Source: Candidatus Fraserbacteria bacterium
GTDB lineage: Bacteria; Bipolaricaulota; Bipolaricaulia; RBG-16-55-9; DRXL01
Length of the DNA: 64,000 bases
NCBI GenBank assembly: GCA_037440025.1
Contig: JBBIUX010000002.1
Span: 82,975 to 146,974 of the forward strand
Direction of reading: 5' to 3'
Shown here: piece by piece, positions 20,227 through 30,091 of the stretch
Layout of the letters: each line of letters opens with the position of its first letter
Numbering within the stretch: the stretch's first letter is position 1
Notes under the pieces: generated by a model
Told to the model about the DNA's origin: nothing
What the model saw: the letters and a program-made list of their open reading frames with translations, nothing else
The model's database searches: none
Position numbers and translations under genes: made by a program

Positions 20227-20748
20227 AAGCGTGTCTGGTTCGTCGGACTGCTCTGTCTAGCATGGAATGTGAACGCTTCGGCCCAAGAACGCGCGCCCAG
20301 TCTCGGCATCGCTACGAGTTGGATGGAACTAGACAACTTTCAGCCGGCGTTGCCGACGTTTACGATATCTCAGAAAGTTTTGCTGCTGTCGGTACGCGGG
20401 GAGACGCAGATTGAAACGGGGGTGGCGTTGCGCTTGGCCGGAGGCTGGGGCTTTGCGTTTGAGGGGCCTCCTGTGGGAATCGCCCATTATGAGACTGCCC
20501 TAGCTCTCAACTTCCCCTTTGGGCGGGCGAGCGCATCCATTGAGCTTGGCTCTGGGATTCTCCATTTGACGCAGAATGCCGAACAGGCGTGGCGGCTGAC
20601 GGGCTGGGTCGGTGCTGGAGGGAGATTTTCGCTCGTCTCAAAAATATCTGTCTTCTTTGACGTCGTGCCCTTGGTGCTGCTCGACTTCAGCCAACCAAGC
20701 CTGCCGCGGGTTTGGAGCTATCGTGGCGGGGCGCTGTGGCGGTTTTAG
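20227..20748 (+). CDS. Secreted hypothetical protein
   Basis: Start at MKRVWFVGLLCLAWNVNASAQE (signal peptide). The track N-extension is rejected. Confidence 0.5.
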   Translation, partial: KRVWFVGLLCLAWNVNASAQERAPSLGIATSWMELDNFQPALPTFTISQKVLLLSVRGETQIETGVALRLAGGWGFAFEGPPVGIAHYETALALNFPFGRASASIELGSGILHLTQNAEQAWRLTGWVGAGGRFSLVSKISVFFDVVPLVLLDFSQPSLPRVWSYRGGALWRF

Positions 20749-22619
20749 CTTGCCCGCCGCACGCGAACGGTTCCCCCCTGCTTGTGAGCTTCATAAATTC
20801 TCTCCGCGGGCTCGCTTCCGCGGACTAACTTAATACTCCCCGCGCGCGAGACCGACCCGATGAAGACGGGCTCGCCGTCTACTACGATTTCGATATTGCG
20901 CCCGCGCAGACTGGGGTCTAAGTCCACAATCACGTGCCGGTCGCTCACTTCTATGTCTATATCTTGATGGAGCGTCACCTCCATCTCGTCGTAGGAACGG
21001 ACATCAAGCCCGATGCCCAGCTCGGCTTCGAGCTCACGAATTCGGCTGCCCCCGCGGCCTAAGATCACGGGAATCTGGTCTTCGTCAACATAAAGAGTTG
21101 CTTGGTTGTCCGAGCGTATCTCGACAGTGAACCCGCCGCGCACCACCTTGCGCAGCTCGTGTTCTAAAGCTTGCGTTGCTAACCGCCAGACAGGTTTCTC
21201 CGTAGCGACTTCCTTCACTGGCATCACCACAACCTGTTCACCGAAGCTGTAGATTTCATAGACCAACCCTTTGGACTCGAATTCCCTGATCTCGATCACC
21301 GGGCGAGCCAAGTCTGAATCTCCCATGCCGCTGGGCACTTTCACTGTAAACTCGACTTCATAGATCTCTTTCACGTCACCGGCTTCGATGAAGACGACCG
21401 TGTCCACGACTTGCGGGATCATCCCCAAATCAACGCGCCCAATGAGTCGTTGCACGGCGTCAATGCCACGCGTGGCGTGCACCACGCCGATCATCCCCAC
21501 GCCGGCCAAGCGCATGTCGGCAAAGACTTCAAAGTCTTCGTCCACGCGCATCTCGTCAAAAATTGTGTAGTCGGGTCGGACGAGCAATAAAACGTCGGCG
21601 GTCTTCTTCATCTCACCGTTGAGGGCTGTATACTGGGTGATCTCGTCGGAGAGCTCTAGGTCTCTGGGTTTCTCCATTGTTTTAAGAATCCAGCCTGCTT
21701 CTTGGAGATACTCAGCTATCCCCTGGACAAACGTAGACTTGCCTGCCCCCGGTGCCCCGGAGACGAGCACGCCGCGCGAGCGTTCGCGCATGCGCTCCTT
21801 CAGCAAACCAGCATGACTATATTCATCGAGCTTTTTGTGAACGATGGGTCGAACGATAGTGATTTCTAGCGCGTCACTGAAGGGCGGGCGGGCAATGGCG
21901 ACTCGCAGATTTTTGAGCTGTATCACGGTGCTCCCGCCCGCATCCATCTCGATGAACCCGTCGGGATGTCCCTTGGCGACTTCGACGATTTCCCGGGCAA
22001 CTCGTTCCAGCTCTTTTTCCGTCATCAGTTCTTCTTTGAGCGGGACGATCTTCATCCGGCCGGGAGCGCCCCGTTTGGCCTTAGGGCGGGTCTTGGCCCG
22101 CAGGTGCACCGACATCGTTTGCTCATCGAAAAACTGCATGATTTGGAGCTGGTCGAGCCCACGGGCTCCTGCGGCGGCCCCCAAGAAGCGTGTCGGCAAC
22201 CCTTGGGCTTCGCTGACTAAAGACTGGCTGCGGCTGCTGGTGACGAGAACAGCGTCTTCTTCTTCAGCGACAGCGCGCACCATCGCGTGAATCTCGCCGG
22301 TCTCCGCAAGGCGCAACGGGTCGAACCGTGGCCGATCTCCCTTGAACACCAACTCGATCTGGCCTGCCCACGCGAGCTGTTGCATCTGTTTCAGTTCATT
22401 GAGGCCGGCATACCCCGTCTCTTGCCCACGCACAGCTTGGGCTTCCAATAACGCGAGCACAGCATGGGGAACGATAAAAACAGCTTTAGGGAATTTGTTA
22501 TTACGAATTTCTTCAGTGATGCGACCATCAACAATGATGCTCGCATCCAAGACATATCGTTCGGCTCTTGCAGCGTCTTCGTTTGGCAAAGCCTCTTTAC
22601 GAGGTCTAGCTCCAGGCAT
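20745..22619 (-). CDS. PIN domain - PhoH/PilT-like P-loop ATPase - KH domain protein (COG1855-like)
   Basis: N-terminal PIN (...YVLDASIIVDGRI...), central Walker A GAPGAGKST, and C-terminal KH (...VILGRGGSRIRELEAELG...). Confidence 0.7.
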   Translation of the reverse strand: MPGARPRKEALPNEDAARAERYVLDASIIVDGRITEEIRNNKFPKAVFIVPHAVLALLEAQAVRGQETGYAGLNELKQMQQLAWAGQIELVFKGDRPRFDPLRLAETGEIHAMVRAVAEEEDAVLVTSSRSQSLVSEAQGLPTRFLGAAAGARGLDQLQIMQFFDEQTMSVHLRAKTRPKAKRGAPGRMKIVPLKEELMTEKELERVAREIVEVAKGHPDGFIEMDAGGSTVIQLKNLRVAIARPPFSDALEITIVRPIVHKKLDEYSHAGLLKERMRERSRGVLVSGAPGAGKSTFVQGIAEYLQEAGWILKTMEKPRDLELSDEITQYTALNGEMKKTADVLLLVRPDYTIFDEMRVDEDFEVFADMRLAGVGMIGVVHATRGIDAVQRLIGRVDLGMIPQVVDTVVFIEAGDVKEIYEVEFTVKVPSGMGDSDLARPVIEIREFESKGLVYEIYSFGEQVVVMPVKEVATEKPVWRLATQALEHELRKVVRGGFTVEIRSDNQATLYVDEDQIPVILGRGGSRIRELEAELGIGLDVRSYDEMEVTLHQDIDIEVSDRHVIVDLDPSLRGRNIEIVVDGEPVFIGSVSRAGSIKLVRGSEPAERIYEAHKQGGTVRVRRAS

Positions 22620-22890
22620 ATTTCTCCCCCAAGAACACGGCAACTTTTTCTAAAAACTTCTGATCTTTCCCGGTAAACGCGTCAAGTGTGTCGCTGTCAA
22701 TGTCAATCTCTCCGACGACTTTTGAGTTGCTGAAAATGGGGACATAGTAAGACACATGATCTCGTAGAAGAGTGACCGTTTTGTGCAGGGCCGTCTCGAA
22801 ATCCGCTTGGTTGATCTCCTGGCGTAGCACGCTCAATAAGTCCATATTCCCTCCAGAACAAGCATAGCAAGGACTGACGAGTGCGCGCAA
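22606..22890 (-). CDS. Short GAF-like protein resembling only the C-terminal half of free Met-(R)-sulfoxide reductase (possible remnant)
   Basis: ...YYVPIFSNSKVVGEIDIDSDTLDAFTGKDQKFLEKVA resembles the fRMsr C-terminus. The ORF can be at most about 96 aa because gatA ends at 22897. Confidence 0.4.
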   Translation of the reverse strand: MRALVSPCYACSGGNMDLLSVLRQEINQADFETALHKTVTLLRDHVSYYVPIFSNSKVVGEIDIDSDTLDAFTGKDQKFLEKVAVFLGEKYAWS

Positions 22891-22896
22891 GCGCCC

Positions 22897-24303
22897 TTAT
22901 CGAGTTGTTTGTTCAAAAGCGTAGGCAGCTCGGAGCATCTTGGCTTCTTGCAGTTTATCTCCGACGATTTGCAGTCCAAAGGGCAAGCCCCCGACTGTGC
23001 CACCGGGGACAGAGATCGCCGGGATACCGGCCAGGCTCGCCGGTACCGTAAAAATATCCGAGAGATACATCGCTAAGGGATCGTCTACTTTCTCCCCCAG
23101 CTTGAAGGCCGGCGTCGGCGACGTAGGACAGATAATAACATCTACGGTCTTGAAGACCGTATCGAAATCTTGATGGATGAGCGCGCGGACTTTTTGAGCT
23201 TTGCCGTACCAGGCTTCGTAATACCCCGCGCTGAGCGCGTAGGTCCCGATCATAATGCGTCGCTTCACTTCCGGCCCAAAGCCCTTGTCGCGGCTCTCGG
23301 AGAACATTTCTTCCACTGAGGCGTTGCTCGCCCGTTGTGAGTAACGCACCCCGTCGTAGCGGGCCAAGTTGGCACTCGCTTCAGAAGATGAGATCAGATA
23401 GTACGCCGGGATCGTGTGCTGGCTATGAGGCAGCGAGATTTCCACAATCTGCGCTCCCAATTCTTGAAATGTCTTCCCCCAGTCGTTCACGCGCGCTTGG
23501 GCTTCTCCACTGAGGTCCGTCAAATACTCCTTCGGCAGTCCGATTTTGAAACCCTCGATATCGAATCCCAGCTCGCTCATGTAGTCATCGGTGCTGCGCT
23601 CGATGCTCGTTGAATCGTGTAGATCGCGGCCGGTGATAATATTTAGGACCAAAGCACAGTCCCGCACGTTCTTTGTGATTGGACCAATCTGATCTAAAGA
23701 ACTAGCGAACGCTACCAACCCATAGCGTGACACCAGCCCGTAGGTTGGCTTGAGCCCGACGACCCCACAGAGCGCCGAGGGCTGTCGGATCGAGCCTCCG
23801 GTGTCTGAACCGAGAGCACAGAGCGCTTCATGAGCTGCGACAGCTGCTGCTGAACCTCCTGAAGATCCGCCGGGGACGCGGGTCATATCGTGCGGGTTGC
23901 GCGTGGGGAAGAAGGCGCTGTTCTCTGTTGAAGACCCCATGCCGAACTCATCTAGATTTGTCTTGCCCAGCACAGTTGCACCGGCGTCTCTGAGATTTTT
24001 CACGGCAGTCGCCTCAAAGATCGGCTCAAAGTGCTCTAGAAATTTCGAGCCACAGGTCGTCTTGAAACCGATTGTCGAGATGTTGTCTTTCACTGAGATA
24101 GGCAAGCCATGCAATGAAGTATGAGCCAAACGCTCCACCTCACGAAGCATATCTTCCTGAGGAGCGAGGCTCACATACGCTTTGATCTGTTCTTCTGTAA
24201 CAGAGATAGCACGATAGAGATCAACAATCACCTCACGAGGGTGAATCTCCCCCTTGGTTATGAGATCAAGGAGCTCGTGCAGGGGCTTTTCGTTGAGATT
24301 CAT
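22897..24303 (-). CDS. gatA: Glutamyl-tRNA(Gln)/aspartyl-tRNA(Asn) amidotransferase subunit A
   Basis: Start at [15 protein letters not shown]...; amidase signature ...[13 protein letters not shown].... The track N-extension is rejected. Confidence 0.9.
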   Translation of the reverse strand: MNLNEKPLHELLDLITKGEIHPREVIVDLYRAISVTEEQIKAYVSLAPQEDMLREVERLAHTSLHGLPISVKDNISTIGFKTTCGSKFLEHFEPIFEATAVKNLRDAGATVLGKTNLDEFGMGSSTENSAFFPTRNPHDMTRVPGGSSGGSAAAVAAHEALCALGSDTGGSIRQPSALCGVVGLKPTYGLVSRYGLVAFASSLDQIGPITKNVRDCALVLNIITGRDLHDSTSIERSTDDYMSELGFDIEGFKIGLPKEYLTDLSGEAQARVNDWGKTFQELGAQIVEISLPHSQHTIPAYYLISSSEASANLARYDGVRYSQRASNASVEEMFSESRDKGFGPEVKRRIMIGTYALSAGYYEAWYGKAQKVRALIHQDFDTVFKTVDVIICPTSPTPAFKLGEKVDDPLAMYLSDIFTVPASLAGIPAISVPGGTVGGLPFGLQIVGDKLQEAKMLRAAYAFEQTTR

Positions 24304-24310
24304 AAGAAAA

Positions 24311-24397
24311 TGGTGCCGAGGGAGGGACTTGAACCCACACGGGATTGCTCCCATACGGTCCTGAACCGTACGCGTCTGCCAGTTCCGCCACCCCGGC
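24311..24397 (-). tRNA. tRNA-Leu (anticodon CAG)
   Basis: Reverse complement: GCCGGGGTGGCGGAACTGGCAGACGCGTACGGTTCAGGACCGTATGGGAGCAATCCCGTGTGGGTTCAAGTCCCTCCCTCGGCACCA. It has a 7-bp acceptor stem, anticodon loop TTCAGGA, a long variable arm, T-loop GGTTCAAGTCC and a CCA end. Confidence 0.85.
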
Positions 24398-24458
24398 GCT
24401 GAAATATTCTAACGGCCTGCACTTGGCTTGTCAAACGGTTTCAAGCTATACTAGCTCC

Positions 24459-25352
24459 ATGCCTGACGAATGCTTCGTCGTGGTCAATCTCATCGCGGGT
24501 CGGGGACGATGTCAGCGGCTCTGGCCGGCTATTGAGCACGCCTTAAAAAATTCAAAGCTCTCATTTCGCCACGAGTTCACTGAAGCCCCGGGAGCTGCTA
24601 CTGCAGTCGCCCGACGTGTCGCCCAAGACTTTGCTACGGTGATCGCCGTCGGCGGCGATGGCACTATTCACGAAGTGGCCGCTGGGCTGATGCACACGCC
24701 TGCCAAACTCGGCATCATCCCGGCCGGTACAGGGAACGACTTCGTCAAGATGCTGGGCATTCCTCCACTGGATGTGCGTCGCGCCGTCGCGATCCTCGAA
24801 GCAGGGCAAACGAAGCGTGTAGACGTCGGTCGCATCGGCGAGCGCTATTTTGTCAATGGGCTTGGTGTCGGATTAGACGGAGCAGTCGCATGGCGGGTCT
24901 TTCGACGCTGGCATTGGCCAGGGCTGGCTCGCTGGACATATTTGTACGCCGCGACCCGCGAGGCGCTGTTCTTTCGCAGCTCTGAGTTAGAGATCAAAGC
25001 TCCGGACTGGCGAGAATCGGGCAAACTAATGATGGTCGGGGCATCCAATGGGCGCTACCACGGAGGAGACTTTAAGCTCGCCCCAGATGCCGAGATTGAC
25101 GACGGACTGTTTGATGTCTATATGATTTCTGACATGTACCCGCTGAAGCGAATTATAGAGATTCCGAAGGTGCGCCGGGGTGAGCACTTGGGATTGCCCG
25201 AAGTGCAGATCAAGCGCGCGCCACGGGTTGAGATCCTTTCAGAGAAGCCCTTACTAGGACATCTTGATGGCGAGCCGCTGGAGTTTTCTGCAGGAACGTT
25301 ACATATCGAGCTGCTGCCGAAGGCCCTAGAAGTGGTTGTGGGAGCGAACTAA
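24459..25352 (+). CDS. Diacylglycerol kinase-family lipid kinase (YegS/BmrU-like)
   Basis: Start at MPDECFVVVNLIAGRG; ...IAVGGDGTIHEVAAGL... DAGK catalytic motif. The track N-extension overlapping tRNA-Leu is rejected. Confidence 0.85.
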   Translation: MPDECFVVVNLIAGRGRCQRLWPAIEHALKNSKLSFRHEFTEAPGAATAVARRVAQDFATVIAVGGDGTIHEVAAGLMHTPAKLGIIPAGTGNDFVKMLGIPPLDVRRAVAILEAGQTKRVDVGRIGERYFVNGLGVGLDGAVAWRVFRRWHWPGLARWTYLYAATREALFFRSSELEIKAPDWRESGKLMMVGASNGRYHGGDFKLAPDAEIDDGLFDVYMISDMYPLKRIIEIPKVRRGEHLGLPEVQIKRAPRVEILSEKPLLGHLDGEPLEFSAGTLHIELLPKALEVVVGAN

Positions 25353-25358
25353 ACGTTC

Positions 25359-25529
25359 ATGGCCAAACAAAAGAAGTTCCGAGTTCCTTTGAATGCAGAG
25401 AGCACTGTTTTCTCACGGGTGGAATTTGCAATCGAGCATGGGCAAGTATTGCGCTTTGTCGTTCAAGATGATCTAAAGAAGAACTGGCACGTTTATTACG
25501 AGCGTTTTCAACGAGGTGAGTACGGATGA
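25359..25529 (+). CDS. Small hypothetical ORF (56 aa), absent from the ORF track
   Basis: ATG 25359 to TGA 25529: MAKQKKFRVPLNAESTVFSRVEFAIEHGQVLRFVVQDDLKKNWHVYYERFQRGEYG. ATGA overlap with the next ORF. Lower-GC segment. Confidence 0.3.
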   Translation: MAKQKKFRVPLNAESTVFSRVEFAIEHGQVLRFVVQDDLKKNWHVYYERFQRGEYG

Positions 25530-25825
25530 AACAAGGGCCAGAGAAAGCTATGTCGGTCGTACCCCAAGAAGAGATATGGATCCAGCGGCATACAGATTTG
25601 AGCGATCAGTTTACACGCTACTGCTTGGAACACCCTGAAATTCTCGAACAGATGCCGGATGATTCTGTCCTTTGTATGCAAGTCGAAGGAGATGACGAGT
25701 TTAACACCTGGGCACGCTCTTGGATTCAGAAATCAGCAAAGAAATCTGTGATCACCTACATTACGGTCAAGAAGCTTCGGCCGATTCGGTCGTTGATCGA
25801 GAAGGTCGAGATTGAGTTGGCCTAG
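25526..25825 (+). CDS. Hypothetical protein (99 aa)
   Basis: ORF coupled to the preceding small ORF. No recognisable family. Confidence 0.45.
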   Translation: MKQGPEKAMSVVPQEEIWIQRHTDLSDQFTRYCLEHPEILEQMPDDSVLCMQVEGDDEFNTWARSWIQKSAKKSVITYITVKKLRPIRSLIEKVEIELA

Positions 25826-25831
25826 TTAGAT

Positions 25832-26227
25832 ATGCAACGCAAGAACATCCCCACTGGCACGCCATGGGAACCGGTTGTTGGGTATTCTCGCGCTGTCCGC
25901 GTTGGACCATATGTTCATGTCGCGGGGACGACAGCTCTTGATTGGGCGACCGGCACGCTCATCAGCCCAGGCGATCCGTATGCGCAAACGGTTCAAGCTC
26001 TCAAGAACATAGAATCAGCTCTACAAAAAGCTGGGGCCGATCTGAAAGATGTCGTTCGCACGCGCATCTACGTCACGAACATTGATGATTGGGAGAAGAT
26101 CGGAAGAGCGCACGGCCAGTTCTTTGGCGAGATTCACCCCGCAACGACGATGGTCGAAGTCAGCCGTCTAGTGAATGCAGATATGCTCGTAGAAATCGAA
26201 GCGGATGCTGTCATCAGTGAAGAATAA
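25832..26227 (+). CDS. RidA/YjgF-family reactive-intermediate deaminase
   Basis: 131 aa, ...[25 protein letters not shown]...[12 protein letters not shown]..., the RidA family. Confidence 0.8.
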   Translation: MQRKNIPTGTPWEPVVGYSRAVRVGPYVHVAGTTALDWATGTLISPGDPYAQTVQALKNIESALQKAGADLKDVVRTRIYVTNIDDWEKIGRAHGQFFGEIHPATTMVEVSRLVNADMLVEIEADAVISEE

Positions 26228-26232
26228 AAACG

Positions 26233-26307
26233 TGGAGCGGGCGACGGGATTCGAACCCGCGACACCTGGCTTGGGAAGCCAGTACTCTACCGCTGAGCTA
26301 CGCCCGC
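26233..26307 (-). tRNA. tRNA-Gly (anticodon CCC)
   Basis: Reverse complement: GCGGGCGTAGCTCAGCGGTAGAGTACTGGCTTCCCAAGCCAGGTGTCGCGGGTTCGAATCCCGTCGCCCGCTCCA. Anticodon loop TTCCCAA. Confidence 0.85.
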
Positions 26308-26360
26308 AACTACGCTCATTATAGCACCTCACTCTTACGGTGACAAGACCACGAAGAAGC

Positions 26361-27545
26361 TCATTGTTTCCGCAATATCTCGATGGGCAGGAGCCTGCGC
26401 CCACCCAAAAACTCCAACGTTGCTCCCCCGCCTGTCGAGAAATGAATATTTTTCGCGTTCTTGAGAACGCTGTGGTGGAGAGCCGCGGCTGTGTCACCTC
26501 CACCAATAATGGCAAAAGTGTTTGATTCAGCAATGGCCCGTGCGACCTCGCGGGTCCCGGTATCAAAGGGTGGCTTCTCGAACTTTCCTAAAGGGCCGGC
26601 CCAGACGATGGTCTTCGCGGTGTGGACGCGTCTGCTGAAAGCTTTGACGGTCTCTGGCCCAATATCCCAGCCTTGCCAACCGTCGGGGATTTCTTTCGCC
26701 GGTGCAACGGTCTTCTGCACCTCCCCTGTAGGAGATTCTTGAACGATGTGCACGTCGCTGGGTAGCACCATCTCCGTCCCGTGCTCTTGAGCTTTGCGCA
26801 GACAACCGTTGGCTTCCTCCAACATCTTTTCGTCCAGAAGCGAGTTGCCCACGTCTGCCCCTTGGGCTTTTAACAGCGTAAAGGCCACCCCTCCGCCAAT
26901 CAGAAATGCGTCAACCTTCCCGATCAGCTCTTTGAGCACTCCGATCTTATCTGTGAGCTTTGCCCCGCCGATGATGGCGAGAAAGGGATGTGGAGGATTT
27001 TGGGTCGCTCGACTGAGCATCGTGACTTCTTTCTCCAAGAGCAGACCAGCTGCAGACGGCAAGAACCGTGCCACCCCGTAGGTGCTGGCATGAGCACGAT
27101 GGGCCGTCCCGAAGGCGTCATTCACGTAGCGATCGGCCAAGCGCGCCAACTCCCGCGCGAAGCTTTCATCGTTGGCCTCCTCTTGGGGATAGAAGCGCAC
27201 GTTCTCTAACAAAACTACATCTCCGGGTTTCATCTGAGTAACGGCGCGTTGGACCGACGGTCCAATGCAGTCGTCGAGTTTGGTGACGGGGCGCTTGAGC
27301 AACTCTGAAAAACGATGTGCCACGGGGCCAAGTCGTAATTCTGAAAGGACCTTTCCCTGCGGACGGCCTAAGTGCGAAACTAAGATAACCTTGGCGCGGC
27401 GTTGGAGAAGGTATTCAACGGTCGGTAGGCTTTCGCGGAGACGAGTATCGTCTGTTACTCGTCCGTCTTTGAGCGGAACGTTATAATCTACCCGAACTAA
27501 AACGCGTTTTTCTGTGACATCCAGCTCACGCAGACTGCGGAGCAT
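26361..27545 (-). CDS. pgk: Phosphoglycerate kinase
   Basis: 394 aa, ...RVDYNVPLKDGRVTDDTRL...ILVSHLGRP... Confidence 0.93.
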   Translation of the reverse strand: MLRSLRELDVTEKRVLVRVDYNVPLKDGRVTDDTRLRESLPTVEYLLQRRAKVILVSHLGRPQGKVLSELRLGPVAHRFSELLKRPVTKLDDCIGPSVQRAVTQMKPGDVVLLENVRFYPQEEANDESFARELARLADRYVNDAFGTAHRAHASTYGVARFLPSAAGLLLEKEVTMLSRATQNPPHPFLAIIGGAKLTDKIGVLKELIGKVDAFLIGGGVAFTLLKAQGADVGNSLLDEKMLEEANGCLRKAQEHGTEMVLPSDVHIVQESPTGEVQKTVAPAKEIPDGWQGWDIGPETVKAFSRRVHTAKTIVWAGPLGKFEKPPFDTGTREVARAIAESNTFAIIGGGDTAAALHHSVLKNAKNIHFSTGGGATLEFLGGRRLLPIEILRKQ

Positions 27546-27588
27546 ACCCTTTCTCCCGTATATTGAAGTATGACGGTGCTGTGCCTCA

Positions 27589-28092
27589 CTACTGGACGAA
27601 CTTTTTGAAATCAGCCAACTTCATCTCGCCCTCAACAAAGGCCCTGAAACGGTCACTGTTCTCGCTGGTGTCGCCCTCGTCTTCGGCGGCTGGCATCTCA
27701 ACCGCAGCCACTTGGAAGACTTCATCAGATATATAGATTGGGCTGCCGATGCGCAAAGCGATCGCAATGGAGTCCGAAGGCCGCGCATCGATCTCGTGAG
27801 TCTTGCCGGTGTGGTCGCGAACATAGAGCGTCGCAAAGTACGTAGAGTTTTGAATACTATCAATGACGATCATGTCCAAGTCGCCGCCCAAGGACTTTAA
27901 GATCACCTTCACAAGATCATGTGTGAGGGGACGAGGGAAGTCCCGGTTCTGCATGATCATTGCGATTGCGGTCGCCTCGGGGTGTCCGATCCAGACGGGC
28001 ACGACCTTTCTGGATTGCGGATCGCGAAGCAACAGCACCGGCATCTTCTGCAGCGGGTCCATCACCAGCGCTTTGACCTCAACTTCGCGCAT
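27589..28092 (-). CDS. Bifunctional nuclease family protein (DUF151-like)
   Basis: 167 aa, ...LLLRDPQSRKVVPVWIGHPEATAIAM...ARPSDSIAIALR... Confidence 0.7.
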   Translation of the reverse strand: MREVEVKALVMDPLQKMPVLLLRDPQSRKVVPVWIGHPEATAIAMIMQNRDFPRPLTHDLVKVILKSLGGDLDMIVIDSIQNSTYFATLYVRDHTGKTHEIDARPSDSIAIALRIGSPIYISDEVFQVAAVEMPAAEDEGDTSENSDRFRAFVEGEMKLADFKKFVQ

Positions 28093-28252
28093 CGCACAAC
28101 CTCCTCTCGAGGTTACTTTCAGACACGCTGATTATAACATGCCGACGAGCGACTGACAAAATAGCGCAGATTACACTCGTCTTGATGCCCTATGGGCCTT
28201 GTCAGAGCGCGCGTGAGACTATATACTCGGACAACGTGCAAGGAGGCTCACG

Positions 28253-30085
28253 ATGTGTGGTATCGTTGGCTATGTCGGACGACGCCCGGCCAAAGATCTG
28301 CTGCTCGAAGCATTACAAAAACTTGAGTATCGCGGCTACGACTCTGCAGGGATCGCCCTTTTGGAGAGCGAGCGTCTCTATTTCGAGAAGAGCGCTGGGA
28401 AGGTAAGCAAGCTGGCCGGACGCTTGAGCAACAAAGTCTCTCATGCGACCATCGGCCTTGGACACACCCGTTGGGCTACCCACGGTCCTCCAACAGATGT
28501 CAATGCTCACCCCCATTGTGATTGTCACAAGAACATCGCGGTCATTCACAACGGCATTCTCGAAAACTATCTGCCCTTCAAAGAAGAGCTTCAGCGCCGG
28601 GGACATATCTTTGTGTCGCAGACAGACTCAGAAGTCATCGCCCATTTGATTGAAGAACGGTACGACGGCACCAATCTCTTACAAGCCGTGCGCGAAGTGT
28701 TGCGCCCATTACGAGGGGCCTACGCTATTGCCGTACTGGCTAAAAATTCTCCCGATGAAGTCGTAGTAGCGCGTCAGGGCAGCCCGCTCGTGCTGGGCTT
28801 GGGCCAGAACGAAAACTTTGCTGCTTCGGACATCCCCGCTCTGCTCAACTTCACCCGCCAGATGGTCTTTCTGAATGATGGCGAGCTGGCCGTCATCAGA
28901 CGAAACGGCATCGAGATATGCGATCTTGAAGGGCGAGCCATTGCGCGAACGCCCCAGCGCATCGAATGGGATGTCGTCACTGCCCAAAAGCAAGGCTACA
29001 AGCACTTTATGCTGAAAGAAATCCACGAGCAGCCCCAGGCGGTCGCCAGTACGTTGCAGAACCGCTACGAGCTCGCCGCGGGAAGAGTAATGCTCCCGGA
29101 ACTGACGGAGCTCACTGAACAACTCAAGGAAGCCCAGATGGTCTATCTGGTAGCGATGGGGACGGCGTATTATGCCGGGCTGGCGGCCAAATATCTGTGG
29201 CGCGATTTCTTTCAGATACCCATCGCCGTCGAGTTGGCTTCAGAGTTTCGCTACAGCAAGCCGTACCTAGACAAGAAGACTGTAGTCATTGCCATCTCGC
29301 AGTCCGGGGAGACGATTGACACCCTGGGGGCGATCAGAGCAGCCCGTGAGCGGGGCGCTGCGGTGCTCTCGATCGTCAATGTAATGGGCTCGACGTTGAC
29401 GCGCGAGTCCGACGCCACGCTCTATACCCACGCTGGCCCGGAGATCTGCGTCGCTTCGACAAAAGCGTTTTCGGCACAGCTTGTAGTGCTCAATCTGTTG
29501 GGATTTTATATGGGGCAGCAGCGGGGCTGGCTTTCGGCGACGCACGTGCGCACGGCATTAGAGGCGCTCGTTCAAGGGCCGGTCTTGGTAGAAAGCATCT
29601 TGCAGCAAGAACCTCAGATCGCGCGCCTGGCACAAACGTTCTACCAAAAAGAACACTTTTTGTTTCTGGGCCGAGACCTGCTCTACCCCCTCGCGTTAGA
29701 GGGCGCGCTCAAGCTCAAAGAGATTTCATATATTCACGCCGAGGGCTACGCTGCCGGGGAGCTCAAGCACGGCCCCATCGCGCTCGTTGACGCCCAGATG
29801 CCCATCGTCGTGCTCATGACCAAAAGCAGCGTCTACGAAAAGGTCTTTTCAAATATCGAAGAAGTCAAAGCGCGTCGGGGCATCGTCATCACCGTTACAG
29901 ATCAAATCAATAGAGAGATCGAGCGCGTCTCGGACTTTATCGTAGAGATTCCCCCAAGCTCGCGCTGGCTGGCCCCGTTGCTCTTCGTTGTGCCCTTACA
30001 GCTCTTTGCGTATCACATAGCAGACCTGCGCGGCACCGACGTGGATCAGCCGCGAAATTTAGCAAAAAGCGTCACGGTGGAGTGA
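28253..30085 (+). CDS. glmS: Glutamine--fructose-6-phosphate aminotransferase
   Basis: 610 aa, MCGIVGYVG N-terminal nucleophile, two SIS domains, C-terminal ...NLAKSVTVE. Confidence 0.93.
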   Translation: MCGIVGYVGRRPAKDLLLEALQKLEYRGYDSAGIALLESERLYFEKSAGKVSKLAGRLSNKVSHATIGLGHTRWATHGPPTDVNAHPHCDCHKNIAVIHNGILENYLPFKEELQRRGHIFVSQTDSEVIAHLIEERYDGTNLLQAVREVLRPLRGAYAIAVLAKNSPDEVVVARQGSPLVLGLGQNENFAASDIPALLNFTRQMVFLNDGELAVIRRNGIEICDLEGRAIARTPQRIEWDVVTAQKQGYKHFMLKEIHEQPQAVASTLQNRYELAAGRVMLPELTELTEQLKEAQMVYLVAMGTAYYAGLAAKYLWRDFFQIPIAVELASEFRYSKPYLDKKTVVIAISQSGETIDTLGAIRAARERGAAVLSIVNVMGSTLTRESDATLYTHAGPEICVASTKAFSAQLVVLNLLGFYMGQQRGWLSATHVRTALEALVQGPVLVESILQQEPQIARLAQTFYQKEHFLFLGRDLLYPLALEGALKLKEISYIHAEGYAAGELKHGPIALVDAQMPIVVLMTKSSVYEKVFSNIEEVKARRGIVITVTDQINREIERVSDFIVEIPPSSRWLAPLLFVVPLQLFAYHIADLRGTDVDQPRNLAKSVTVE

Positions 30086-30091
30086 GACCGT

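Noticed and set aside
24345-24458. N-terminal 38-aa extension of the lipid-kinase ORF in the track
   Set aside because: It overlaps tRNA-Leu on the opposite strand and has no homology. The conserved kinase N-terminus begins at MPDECFVVVN (24459).
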